Below are positions 49,197 through 58,470 of a DNA stretch of 64,000 nt, in pieces. Under the pieces are notes generated by a model. It was not told the DNA's origin and searched no databases. It saw only the letters and a list, made by a program, of their open reading frames with translations. The position numbers and the translations under genes were made by a program. Numbering within the stretch: the first letter of the stretch is position 1; the number at the start of each line of letters is the position of its first letter. Source of the DNA: Vulcanimicrobiota bacterium (GTDB taxonomy: Bacteria > Vulcanimicrobiota > Vulcanimicrobiia > Vulcanimicrobiales > Vulcanimicrobiaceae); NCBI GenBank assembly GCA_963820825.1, contig CAWGBN010000008.1, positions 96,001 through 160,000 on the forward strand, read 5' to 3'.

Positions 49197-50211
49197 CGCG
49201 ACTCTTCGGCGGCACGCTGACGGTTACGCCCGTGACCTCCGCGTGGCCCTTGCCGATAAAGCCGGTAATGGTGCGAACCGGGTAGCCTCCTGCCGGGTAC
49301 TTCCAGAAGAGAATATTCGTCGAACGCGCGCGCGAGTTTCCGGTCGGGACGATAATCTTGTCGCGATAGATCCACGATTGCGTCGAACGCGGCCCAACGC
49401 CGTAGAGCTCCGTCGTACCGACAACGGTGGCGGTCGAGCCCGTGACCTGCACCTGCTCGATCGCGGGATGAATCGTCGTCGTGACGGCAATGTACTGGCC
49501 GTCCCACTGAATCTGTCCGGCGAACTGAATGTTTTGGTCGACGGTAATGTTTTGCAAGGCGTTGCCGCCGGCGGGGAGCTCGGCGAGTCCAAACTGCGAG
49601 CTCGCGTAACCGTCGACGAAAAGATTGCCGCTGTTGTCGTACGCGCAGTAGAGGAGCGACGGCATCGTGCTGTCGGAGTAGCTCTGCGGAAGCATACCGG
49701 GCGTCGTCAAGACGACGACCGATTCACCGCATCCGGTGAGGCAGAAGACGACCGCGGCGAGATCGCCGGTCACCGGGTCGATCGAACAAGAATACGCGGT
49801 GCCGGGAACCGCGTACGAAGCGATCGGCGTCGTTCCGCCGTGCGCGAATTCGACGATGCTGTTGACCCCGGTGAAAAAGACGTCGCCGTTCTCGTCCGAA
49901 CAGGTACCGAGGGCCGTCTGCGTGATGTTTCCGATGAGCTTGCCGTCGGTCGTAAAGACGAACGACCGCTGGTCGCCGCCGGCATAGATCAGCGTGCGCC
50001 CCGAGGCTGCAGGATCGATCCGCGACGAGTGCTTACCGGAAGGCGAGCGTTGCATCGCGCCCGGCGAGCCGCCGGTCTGCGCGCGCAGCATACCGCCCGG
50101 TGCGGCCGGTGACGGTACTGCGCTCTGGCCTTGCGAGCCGCCGCACGCCGTGAGCACCGCGACGATGGCACCGAATCCAATAAAACGGCGGGTTAGGCTA
50201 AGAAGTCTCAC
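49162..50211 (-). CDS. Secreted lipoprotein, beta-propeller-like
   Basis: GTG after purine-rich SD; lipobox LTAC; CSD.NGDVF, EFAHGG, CSIDP.TGDLA, WDGQY, WKYPAGG. Confidence 0.8.
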   Translation of the reverse strand: MRLLSLTRRFIGFGAIVAVLTACGGSQGQSAVPSPAAPGGMLRAQTGGSPGAMQRSPSGKHSSRIDPAASGRTLIYAGGDQRSFVFTTDGKLIGNITQTALGTCSDENGDVFFTGVNSIVEFAHGGTTPIASYAVPGTAYSCSIDPVTGDLAAVVFCLTGCGESVVVLTTPGMLPQSYSDSTMPSLLYCAYDNSGNLFVDGYASSQFGLAELPAGGNALQNITVDQNIQFAGQIQWDGQYIAVTTTIHPAIEQVQVTGSTATVVGTTELYGVGPRSTQSWIYRDKIIVPTGNSRARSTNILFWKYPAGGYPVRTITGFIGKGHAEVTGVTVSVPPKSRARAAYGSSTAF

Positions 50212-50313
50212 GCACTCGCTCCCTTCCTCGTTGCGTTTCCAACGCACCTGCACGCGCTCGCTCGCACTGCTCTCCGACATGGCTTGGCGCATCCGGCTCG
50301 AAAAGAGCTCGTC

Positions 50314-50793
50314 ATGGCGGTAGCCATACGCCGAGCGCGCAGCGACTCCGATTTTCGTCAGCTCCACGAACTCTTCGTTGCCTATGAAGCCGGCTTACCG
50401 CCACCGCTTCGGCATGGCTGCGTTCCCAACATGCTCGCGATTGGCGAAACGTTTTCGTCGCCGAATGCCGCATTCATCGCCGTGCACGATCGCGTCGCGA
50501 TCGGCTGCGCCGCGGTCAAGGGAGCGCCGGAGGACCGAAATCGGGCAACGGCCGTCCTGCTGCGTCTCTTCGTGCGCCCGGAGAGCCGTCGGCTCGGTGC
50601 GGCGCGATTGCTCGTCGGCGCGGCGATCGCGTTTGCGCGGGAAGCCGGATTCGAACGGCTCGTCCTCGACACCGAAAAGCGGCAGCTCGAAGCGGCCTAC
50701 CGGCTTTATCGATCGCTCGGCTTCGAGGAGTGCGAACCGTACGCGGAGGTCACGTACGAGTCAGCGACGTTCATGGAGCTCGCGCTGCGTTAA
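50314..50793 (+). CDS. GNAT acetyltransferase
   Basis: RLFVRPESRRLG, LDT.....AA..LY.SLGF. Confidence 0.85.
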   Translation: MAVAIRRARSDSDFRQLHELFVAYEAGLPPPLRHGCVPNMLAIGETFSSPNAAFIAVHDRVAIGCAAVKGAPEDRNRATAVLLRLFVRPESRRLGAARLLVGAAIAFAREAGFERLVLDTEKRQLEAAYRLYRSLGFEECEPYAEVTYESATFMELALR

Positions 50794-50799
50794 ATTCTT

Positions 50800-50871
50800 A
50801 GCCGACGATCGGATTTGAACCGATAACCTATCGCTTACGAAGCGATTGCTCTACCGTTGAGCTACGTCGGC
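50800..50871 (-). tRNA. tRNA-Thr(CGT), CCA not encoded
   Basis: GCCGACG/CGTCGGC acceptor stem, D arm GCTC-AACGGTA-GAGC, anticodon arm ATCGC-TTCGTAA-GCGAT, T loop GGTTCAAATCC. Confidence 0.97.
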
Positions 50872-50962
50872 CTTCGCGCCGCGAGCGCGCGAGCGCCCCG
50901 GGCCGCCGCTCTTTCCACGACTCCGGCGGTGCCCCTTCCGCGGGACCGGGGCGTTGCGGCCG

Positions 50963-51223
50963 CTAGGCGTTGCCGGTCTCCGTGTCGTGGAACGTGCCGC
51001 GCCGCGCACGTTCGTCGAGCTCGAGATCCTCGAGAAAGTAATAGACGATCTTGCGGTCGTCGAATCCGACCTTGGCGAGACTGCGCCCGCCGATCTCCAC
51101 CACCTCGTGCACGTGCCCGATGCGCCCGGCATACTCGTAGTTGACGGCGGTATACGACGGATCGCCGGGCTTCGGGCGCGGCGTCGCCTTGACGCCGCGC
51201 AGCGGCGTTCGGTGCCGGTGCAT
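50963..51223 (-). CDS. Hypothetical protein (86 aa)
   Basis: Protein-like ORF divergent from the gamma-CA gene, with the recurring promoter motif upstream. Confidence 0.65.
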   Translation of the reverse strand: MHRHRTPLRGVKATPRPKPGDPSYTAVNYEYAGRIGHVHEVVEIGGRSLAKVGFDDRKIVYYFLEDLELDERARRGTFHDTETGNA

Positions 51224-51264
51224 ACCGGCGAGGTTCGACGGCGCGGCTTGCGAAGCATCGCAGC

Positions 51265-51807
51265 ATGATCATCGAATATCGAGGCAAGCGGCCAAAGATC
51301 GATCCATCCGCGTTCGTCGCTCCCAATGCCGTGATCGTCGGCGACGTCGAGGTTGGTCCCGAGTCGAGCATTTGGTTCGGCGCGGTGCTGCGCGGCGATA
51401 ACGGACCGATCCGCATCGGCGCGCGCACGTCGATTCAGGACAATGCGGTAGTGCACGTGAGCGAGGGCGGCGCGACGCTCGTCGCCGACGATGTGACCGT
51501 CGGTCACTGCGCGGTGATGGAAGACTGCACGATCGAGCGTTACGCGCTCATCGGCAGCAACGCGACGCTACTCAATGCATCGACCATCGGCGAAGGTGCT
51601 TTGATCGGAGCCGGCAGCGTCGTCGGGCAGGGTGTCGTCATTCCACCGCGCGTCGTCGCGGCGGGGGCGCCCGCGACCGTTAGAAAGGCCCTCGAAGGCG
51701 AAGCCGCTTCGTGGATCGAGATCTCCGCCGGCGAGTACGTCAAACTCTCGCGCACGTACCTGGCGCAGAGCATCGGTGTCGTCGAGAACCAGGACGTTAC
51801 GATCTAA
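51265..51807 (+). CDS. Gamma carbonic anhydrase family (hexapeptide repeat) protein
   Basis: IWFGAVLRGD, SIQDNAVVH, VTVGH, G.PA. Confidence 0.92.
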   Translation: MIIEYRGKRPKIDPSAFVAPNAVIVGDVEVGPESSIWFGAVLRGDNGPIRIGARTSIQDNAVVHVSEGGATLVADDVTVGHCAVMEDCTIERYALIGSNATLLNASTIGEGALIGAGSVVGQGVVIPPRVVAAGAPATVRKALEGEAASWIEISAGEYVKLSRTYLAQSIGVVENQDVTI

Positions 51808-53078
51808 GCGGGACGGACGAGGGTCCAAATCAGGATCGCGTTGAGCGTTAGAATGATCGCGGTGGCCGCGACCGCTAGAACGCTAACCCAGCGCGCGTTC
51901 ACCATTCTCCCCATGGTGCCGGTGCGCGCCGTAAAGAATACCAGCGCGATCACCGGCACCGGCAGCACGAAGCTCAGGACGACCTGGCTGACGATGAGCG
52001 TCTGCGTCACGTTCAAGCCGAGCGCGACGACCGCGACGGCCGGAAGCATCGTCACGAACCGGCGCAGCCAGAGCGGCACCGTGAATCCCACGAAGCTCTG
52101 CATGACGACTTGTCCGGCCATCGTTCCCACGACGGAACTCGAGATGCCCGAGGCCATGAGGGCCACGAGAAAGACGACTGCCGCGAGGTTTCCCAGCAGC
52201 GGCGTCAGCGTTCGATAGGCGGTCGTAATATCGGCGACGTTCGTATGGCCGGTCGCATGGAAGACCGCGGCGGCCATGTACATCATCGCGATATTGACCA
52301 GGCCGGCGATGGTGAGCGCGATAAGGACGTCGATGTGGGAGAAACGCACGATCGCGCCGGCCTGGCGTGAATTCTCCGGCACGACGCGCTCGGCGGTCAG
52401 CGCGGAGTGCAGATAGATCGCATGCGGCATAACCGTCGCTCCGACGATACCGACGGCGATCAGGACGCTGGACGATCCCCCGAGCCACGGCACGACCGAG
52501 TGATAGGCCACGAGCGGCCAATTCGGCCTGGCGAGCACCGTTTCGACGATATAGCAGATCGCCACGACGGCGACGAACCCTCCGATGAGCGCCTCCATCG
52601 TGCGAAAACCGTAGCGGTGAAGTGCGAGAATCGCATACGTCACGATCGCCGTGATGACGGCGCCGGCGAGCATCGGAATGTGAAAGAGCAGATAGAGGGC
52701 CACGATCGCGCCGAGAAACTCGGCGAGATCGGTGGCCATCGCACCGAACTCGCTGACGATCCACATCGCATAGCCGACCGGCTTTGGCGCGTGCGCGCGG
52801 GCGAGTTCGGCGAGGTTCTTCCCGGTTGCGATGCCGAGTTTCGCCGAGAGACTTTGGAAGAGCATCGCCATCAGGTTGGCGAGCACGACGACCCAGAGCA
52901 GGCGATAGCCGAAGCCCGCGCCGCCTTGAATGTTCGTCGCGAAGTTTCCCGGATCGATGTATGCGACCGACGCGACGAAGGCGGGCCCGGTGAAGGGCAG
53001 CAGCGCTCGCCAACCGCGCCGGTTTCCCGCAAGCGCGTCGCGCGCCGCGGCGACGACCTGCTCGCTGCTCGAGCCCAC
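51804..53078 (-). CDS. mntH: Nramp Mn2+/Fe2+ transporter
   Basis: AYIDPGN, ATDLAEF, GATVMPH, SQVVLS. Confidence 0.95.
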   Translation of the reverse strand: MGSSSEQVVAAARDALAGNRRGWRALLPFTGPAFVASVAYIDPGNFATNIQGGAGFGYRLLWVVVLANLMAMLFQSLSAKLGIATGKNLAELARAHAPKPVGYAMWIVSEFGAMATDLAEFLGAIVALYLLFHIPMLAGAVITAIVTYAILALHRYGFRTMEALIGGFVAVVAICYIVETVLARPNWPLVAYHSVVPWLGGSSSVLIAVGIVGATVMPHAIYLHSALTAERVVPENSRQAGAIVRFSHIDVLIALTIAGLVNIAMMYMAAAVFHATGHTNVADITTAYRTLTPLLGNLAAVVFLVALMASGISSSVVGTMAGQVVMQSFVGFTVPLWLRRFVTMLPAVAVVALGLNVTQTLIVSQVVLSFVLPVPVIALVFFTARTGTMGRMVNARWVSVLAVAATAIILTLNAILIWTLVRPA

Positions 53079-53085
53079 GCCGTAG

Positions 53086-53778
53086 CTACGGTCCAAGACG
53101 CACCATTGCCGCATGCGCGCGGCGGACGGCGACGAGACGTTTCCCGCGGCGCACGAATAAGCGGTCGCCCTCCGCGCGTTCGACGCGTACCCGCGCACCG
53201 GGGAGCAGACCCGATTCGGCGAGCGTAGCGACCGCGTCTTCGTCGCGATCGTCGAGGCTGAGCACGCGAGCGCTGCTCCCCACCGCGAGGGTCGCCAAGC
53301 TCGGCAGCGGCTTGCGCCGCGGAGTCGAGTCGCCGTAGGGAATCGGATGACCGTGCGGATCGGAGCGAGGATGTCCGAGAAGCTCGGCGATTCGCAGTGC
53401 GACATCGTCGGAGATGACGTGTTCGATGCGCTCCGCTTCGGCATGAATTCGTTCCAGCGGCATGCGCAACGCGCGGTGGAGAAACGTCTCGAGCAACCGG
53501 TGGCGGCGAACCATCGCAACGGCGAGCCGCTCGCCGCGCGCGCTCAATTGCAGCGGCTCCGACGGCGCGCGCTCCTCGAGCAACCTGTGGGCCTCCAGGA
53601 GACGCTTCGCCTTGCTTACCGAAACGCGGCTGACGTTTAAGTAACGTGCCAACGCGGCCGCGCGGACCGGAGCGCCCGCACCGAGTTGGTAGATCGCCTT
53701 GACGTAGTCTTCGCGGGCACGAGCCGGCGAGCGATCGGAGCCGACGGAGAGCAGCTCGGCACCTAATTTGTTAGCCAT
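53086..53778 (-). CDS. mntR: DtxR/MntR family metal-dependent repressor with FeoA domain
   Basis: EDYVKAIY, RRHRLLE.FL, EAERIEH, DPHGHPIP; co-transcribed with mntH. Confidence 0.88.
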   Translation of the reverse strand: MANKLGAELLSVGSDRSPARAREDYVKAIYQLGAGAPVRAAALARYLNVSRVSVSKAKRLLEAHRLLEERAPSEPLQLSARGERLAVAMVRRHRLLETFLHRALRMPLERIHAEAERIEHVISDDVALRIAELLGHPRSDPHGHPIPYGDSTPRRKPLPSLATLAVGSSARVLSLDDRDEDAVATLAESGLLPGARVRVERAEGDRLFVRRGKRLVAVRRAHAAMVRLGP

Positions 53779-53800
53779 GGGTAACGCTAACCATGGTTAA
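53771..53800. promoter_or_regulatory. Tandem palindromic operator over the mntR start
   Basis: TTAGCCATGGGTAA (53771-53784) and CTAACCATGGTTAA (53787-53800). Confidence 0.65.
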
Positions 53801-53842
53801 CAGTTGTTAGAGCGCGCGAACGCCTCCTGCTCTGCGTTCTTG

Positions 53843-54030
53843 CCTAGGAGCCGATTTTTCTCAGTTCAAGGAGCCGCGTGCCCGAAGTTTACTATGGTAA
53901 ATGAGGGCCGAGGCGACGATGAAATGTGCCTAGAACCTGATTTGGTTCAGTTCAAGGAGCCGCGTGCCGAAGTTTACTATGGTAAATGAGGGCCGAGGCG
54001 ACGATGAAATGAGCCGAATCAGGTTCTAGG
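53843..54030. mobile_element. Tandem MITE/palindromic repeat element (one complete copy, one right-truncated)
   Basis: About 66-bp near-identical direct repeat (53861-53926 and 53947-54011); copy 2 bounded by about 26-bp imperfect inverted repeats CCTAGAACCTGATT...AATCAGGTTCTAGG; CTAG at all three junctions. Confidence 0.7.
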
Positions 54031-55393
54031 CGGGGGCGAAGTGAGATTCGTCGCCGTACGGCAAGAACAGCGTGTACTCGCGCTGGAAGCGCAGCTTCAC
54101 CGTACCGGTCGGACCGTTGCGATGCTTGGCGATGATGAACTCGGTCAGATCCGGCTCCTGGGTTTCGGGGTTATAGTAGCCGTCGCGGTAGAGAAAGGCG
54201 ACGACGTCGGCCTCTTGCTCCAACGAACCGGAATCTCGCAGATCGGCGAGCATCGGCCGCTTCTCGCTGCGAATCTCGACGCCGCGATTGAGCTGCGCGA
54301 GCGCGATGATCGGAACGCCGAGATCTTTCGCCGTCGCCTTGAGCGAGCGGCAGATCTCCGATAACTCTTCGTTCCGGTTGACGTTGCGTGCGAGAACGCC
54401 CGGACGCAGAAGCTGCAGGTAATCGATGAAGATCGCCGAGAGTCCGACCGTCGACCTCAATCGCCGGCATCGGCTGCGTACGTCGCTGATCGTCAGCGCG
54501 CCGAGATCGTCGAGGTAGATCGGAAGATCGTTGATCGCGCCCATCGCGCGCGAGATCTCCTCCCACTGATGCGCCTTGATATTACCGCGGCGCATGTCGT
54601 TCATCGAGATGCGGGCTTCGGAGCAGATCAACCGCTGAATCAGTTCGTTATTCGACATCTCCAGCGAGAAAAAGGCGATCGGGCCGCCCTCGACGCGGGC
54701 TGCGGCGACGGCCATGTTGAGTGCAAACGACGTCTTGCCCATACCCGGCCGCGCTGCAACGATCACGAAGTTGCCCGGCTGGAAGCCGGTGGTCATCACG
54801 TCGATGTCACGGAACCCCGAAGTCAACCCGGTCCGGTCGCCGCGGATGTGATAGAGACGATCGATGTGGTCGAAGGCGTCCTTCATGAGGCGGCTGACCG
54901 GCATGAACTCGGTAACGCCGCGCCGCTCGCCGATGGAGTAGACGAGTTGCTCGCAGCGATCGAGCGCGCCGGGCACGTCTTCTTCGCCCTCGAATCCGCA
55001 CTGCGTGATCTCCGTTCCGGCGTGGATCAGCGATCGCAGGACCGACTTTTCGCGAACGATCGTCGCGTAGTAGCGAGCCGACGCCGCGCTCTGCACCGTC
55101 TCCATCAGCGCGCTGATGTACGAGAGTCCGCCGACGCGCTCGAGCGCACCCCGCCGGCGCAGCTCCTCGCCGATCGAAATCTTGTCGAGCGGCTCGCCGT
55201 GTTCGTAGAGATCGAGCAACACGGCGAAGATCGTTTCGTGCACGTGCGCGTAGAAGTCGGAGGGCCGGATGATCTCGCCGACGGCGGCGAAGATCTCGCG
55301 GTCGACGAGGATCGAGCCGATCACGGCCATCTCCGCCTCGAGATTGCTCGGGGGAATGCGATCGATCGGCGTCGGTAGAGGTTGAGCTGTCAT
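54026..55393 (-). CDS. dnaB: Replicative DNA helicase
   Basis: AARPGMGKT, FSLEM, IDYLQL, LAQLNR, DLRDSGSLEQEAD, KHRNGPTG. Confidence 0.97.
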   Translation of the reverse strand: MTAQPLPTPIDRIPPSNLEAEMAVIGSILVDREIFAAVGEIIRPSDFYAHVHETIFAVLLDLYEHGEPLDKISIGEELRRRGALERVGGLSYISALMETVQSAASARYYATIVREKSVLRSLIHAGTEITQCGFEGEEDVPGALDRCEQLVYSIGERRGVTEFMPVSRLMKDAFDHIDRLYHIRGDRTGLTSGFRDIDVMTTGFQPGNFVIVAARPGMGKTSFALNMAVAAARVEGGPIAFFSLEMSNNELIQRLICSEARISMNDMRRGNIKAHQWEEISRAMGAINDLPIYLDDLGALTISDVRSRCRRLRSTVGLSAIFIDYLQLLRPGVLARNVNRNEELSEICRSLKATAKDLGVPIIALAQLNRGVEIRSEKRPMLADLRDSGSLEQEADVVAFLYRDGYYNPETQEPDLTEFIIAKHRNGPTGTVKLRFQREYTLFLPYGDESHFAPA

Positions 55394-55470
55394 CGGCGTC
55401 GACCCGCTGTCCGGCAACCCGGCGGTGAACGCCTTGTGGGCCGCTTGTGCATAGCTATGAAATTATGCGA

Positions 55471-55499
55471 GCAGTGTGCCACACGTGGTGGCACACTGC
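55471..55499. terminator. Strong hairpin between lonC and dnaB
   Basis: Perfect 12-bp stem GCAGTGTGCCAC-ACGTG-GTGGCACACTGC; no U tract. Confidence 0.5.
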
Positions 55500-55503
55500 T
55501 GCG

Positions 55504-57444
55504 TCACGAGGCGCGCCGGCGATGGCGCCTGGTCGCCAAGTCCCCCAAGACTTGCTCGACGTTGGCGACCGGAACGATCTCCAACCCGGCAAGCGGCGAA
55601 TCGACTTCGCGCGCGTTCTCTTTCGGCAGCAAAACGCGGTGCATACCCGCCTGACGCGCAGCATAGAGTTTTTCGACGACGCCGCCGACGCCGCGAATCT
55701 TTCCTTGAATCGAGAGCTCTCCGGTGACGGCGACGTCCTGCGGAAGCGCCGTCCGCGTCACAGCCGAATAGAGCGCGAGAAAGATCGCAAGCCCCGCAGA
55801 GGGACCGTCGATGTTCCCGCCGCCGACGACGTTGATATGCAGATCGTATTCGGCAATGTCGGTCCCGGTGACGGCGCGCAGTACGCTGGTCGCGTTGAAG
55901 ACCGAATCTTTAGCCATCGATCCGGCCGTGTCGTTGAAGCGAATCGTTCCCTTCCCCGGTTGCGCCGCCGGAAAAGCGACCGCCTCGATCTCGATGATGC
56001 TGCCGAGGTGATGCAAGACGCCCAGTCCGAAGCTCTTGCCGATCTCGCGCCGCGCGCGGCCCTTTACCTGCGTGTGCTGCACGAGGCGGCTCGTCTGCAC
56101 GACGGCGCGGACGTCTTCCTCGAGGATTGAGGGGCGCTTCGGCTTCTCGGAGCGACGGCCGGGATGAAGCCGATAGAGCGCCTGTCCGTAGGCATCGGCA
56201 ACGATCTGCACGGCTTTGCGTCCTTCGATCGTATACGACGCGATGAGCTTGGAGACGGCGCGCGTTGCGCGCGCGCCGAGGCGTTTGATCGCGCCCTGCA
56301 CGATCTCGAGAACTTGGCTCTGGGTGAGCGGTTCGAAAAAGATCTCGGCACATCGCGAACGGATCGCCGGATCGATGTCGTCGGGCTCGCGCGTGGTCGC
56401 ACCGATCAGAATGAAATCGGCGGGTGCTCCCTCGCGGAAGAGGCGTTTGACGTACTCGGGAACGTTCGGCGCGCTCTCGTCGTAGTACGACGACTCGAAG
56501 GTCACGCGCTTATCTTCCAGCACCTTGAGCAGCCGCGCTTGCAGCGAGGGATCCATCTCGCCGATCTCGTCGATGAAGAGCACGCCGCCGTGCGCGCGGG
56601 TCACCAGCCCGAGCTTCGGTTCGGGGACGCCGGCATCGGCGAACTCCTTGCGGCTGCCTTGATAGATCGGATCGTGCACGCTGCCCAGCAGCGGATTGAT
56701 CGTTTCGCGCGGATCCCAGCGCAGCGTCGTGCCGCTCGCCTCAACGAACGGCGCGTCTTTGGCAAAGGGCGTGTGCGGCCGCGCCTTCGCGACCTCCAAG
56801 ACCAACCGCGCGACGGTCGTCTTCCCTACACCCGGCGGCCCGTAAAGAATCGCGTGCTGCGGATAGGGAGAGCTGATCTTTGCCAGGAGCGCGCGAATCG
56901 CGGCCTCTTCGCCGACGACGTCGCGCAGGCTCTGCGGACGCAGCTGCGCGAGGGCCGAGGCTGCGAGCGTTCGTTGGGAGAGTGCGTTGAGTTCCTCGAG
57001 CTTCGTTTGCGAGGCAGGCGTCTCGGGACCGCCCGTCTCGCGCAGCGCCTCCCACTTGAGATCCTTGACGTACTCCTGATGGCGTTCGGCCATCTTCTCG
57101 TTGACGCGCCGCTCGATCGAATCTTCGGCGTGGCGCTGCGCGATGACGTCGGCCATCGCCTCCTCGATCTCCGCAAGCACTTTACGCTGCTGCGCGCGGG
57201 TCGTTGCGCGCTCGCGGGTCGGATCCTCAAAGACGAGACGCTGGAGGCCGCAAAGCCGATCGGGGAGATTCTGCGAGCGCATCATCTTGAGCGCGTTGAC
57301 CTTACCGGCCCGCAGAACGACTTTGTCCTGGCCCAGCACCGATCCGAGCATCTCGTAGAGCGCGCTGACGTACCGGCTCAGTTCGTCCTCGACACCGAAT
57401 TTGCGACGAAACCGCGTCGCGTAGACCTGTCCGGCGTTCGCCAC
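55504..57444 (-). CDS. lonC: Lon-family ATP-dependent protease, LonC type
   Basis: GPPGVGKTT, NPLLGSVHDPIYQG, FIDEIGE, DGPSAG (Ser) and GGVVEK (Lys). Confidence 0.88.
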   Translation of the reverse strand: MANAGQVYATRFRRKFGVEDELSRYVSALYEMLGSVLGQDKVVLRAGKVNALKMMRSQNLPDRLCGLQRLVFEDPTRERATTRAQQRKVLAEIEEAMADVIAQRHAEDSIERRVNEKMAERHQEYVKDLKWEALRETGGPETPASQTKLEELNALSQRTLAASALAQLRPQSLRDVVGEEAAIRALLAKISSPYPQHAILYGPPGVGKTTVARLVLEVAKARPHTPFAKDAPFVEASGTTLRWDPRETINPLLGSVHDPIYQGSRKEFADAGVPEPKLGLVTRAHGGVLFIDEIGEMDPSLQARLLKVLEDKRVTFESSYYDESAPNVPEYVKRLFREGAPADFILIGATTREPDDIDPAIRSRCAEIFFEPLTQSQVLEIVQGAIKRLGARATRAVSKLIASYTIEGRKAVQIVADAYGQALYRLHPGRRSEKPKRPSILEEDVRAVVQTSRLVQHTQVKGRARREIGKSFGLGVLHHLGSIIEIEAVAFPAAQPGKGTIRFNDTAGSMAKDSVFNATSVLRAVTGTDIAEYDLHINVVGGGNIDGPSAGLAIFLALYSAVTRTALPQDVAVTGELSIQGKIRGVGGVVEKLYAARQAGMHRVLLPKENAREVDSPLAGLEIVPVANVEQVLGDLATRRHRRRAS

Positions 57445-57448
57445 GCTC

Positions 57449-57895
57449 TTACGCCGGTACGACGTTGACCGCCGTCTTCGCGATGACGTTCTTGTGGAGC
57501 TTGATCTCCACCGGATACGAGCCGAGCGCTTTGATCTGCCCGGAGAGCTCGATCTTATGTTTGTCGAGACCGACCGAGAGCACCGCTGCGATTGCTGCCG
57601 CCACGTCGGCGTTGGTCACCGCACCGAAGAGCTTCCCGGTCTCGCCGGCTTTCGCGCGGATGGTCAGAGTCGCCGATTCGATGCGCGCGGCGAGCGCTCG
57701 CGCGTCGGCAAGCTCTTGCGCCTCGCGCCGGGCGTTCGCCTTGTGCTGCGCGTCGAGCTGCGCGAGCGCCCCTCTGTCGGCCTCGCCGGCAAGCTTGCGC
57801 GGGAGCAAAAAGTTGCGAGCGTAGCCGTCGGCAACGTCGACGACGTCGCCGCGTTTGCCCAACGCCTTCACGTCGGTAAGGAGAACGAGCTTCAC
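57449..57895 (-). CDS. rplI: 50S ribosomal protein L9
   Basis: DV..LGK.G.VV.V.DGYARNFL.P, GKLFGAVT. Confidence 0.97.
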   Translation of the reverse strand: MKLVLLTDVKALGKRGDVVDVADGYARNFLLPRKLAGEADRGALAQLDAQHKANARREAQELADARALAARIESATLTIRAKAGETGKLFGAVTNADVAAAIAAVLSVGLDKHKIELSGQIKALGSYPVEIKLHKNVIAKTAVNVVPA

Positions 57896-57902
57896 GCCCG
57901 GG

Positions 57903-58154
57903 CTACTCCGAGCCGAAGGGCAGAAAGGCGATCAGCCGCGCGCGCTTGACGGCCGTCGTGAGCATCCGCTGGTGTTTGGCGCAGTTCCCCGAGATGCGCC
58001 GCGGCACGATCTTGCCGCGCTCGGAGACGTACTTCTTGAGCCGCCCGACGTCGCGGTAGCTCACCGCGATCGACCGCTCGGTGCAGAAACTGCAGGGCTT
58101 ACGTTTGGTGCGCCGCTCCTTCGGAGCGCGCTTCATCTTCATCTTCGGTGGCAT
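57903..58154 (-). CDS. rpsR: 30S ribosomal protein S18 (Zn-binding form)
   Basis: [31 protein letters not shown]. Confidence 0.97.
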   Translation of the reverse strand: MPPKMKMKRAPKERRTKRKPCSFCTERSIAVSYRDVGRLKKYVSERGKIVPRRISGNCAKHQRMLTTAVKRARLIAFLPFGSE

Positions 58155-58470
58155 TGGTCTTCCTTTCGACTAGGTGGTTAACGGTTGCCGGCCTTGCCTA
58201 AGGCCGAAAACCCTAGCCAGGTGGAGCGGCAGAAGTCGCGCCACCACCGCCCTTCGGCTACGCTCGCGATGAGCCGGCCGGGGCGGATTTCCGGAACGTA
58301 TGTTCGGTGGGGCCGGGGCGACTCCTCCGGGTCCGAGGGCGTGGCGCGACGGCTCGTCTTGGTGTATAGTAGGTTGGTTACCCAGGTTTCGAAGTCCGCG
58401 AAGTTCTCACTGAGCGAATCGGATCCGGAGAACAATATCATCAAACCCTCTTAGGAGATTCGCTCGATCC

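Noticed and set aside
50800..50871. tRNA-Thr as an integration site
   Set aside because: No integrase and no duplicated tRNA 3' end seen in the window.
53804..53989. 61-aa ORF in the track
   Set aside because: It is a translation of the repeat element, with no protein-like features.
53861..54011. CRISPR array
   Set aside because: Only two units of about 66 bp with a 20-bp gap that is part of an inverted repeat; no cas genes in the window.
55446..55454. DnaA box TGTGCATAG upstream of dnaB
   Set aside because: A single mismatched 9-mer could occur by chance; no box cluster.
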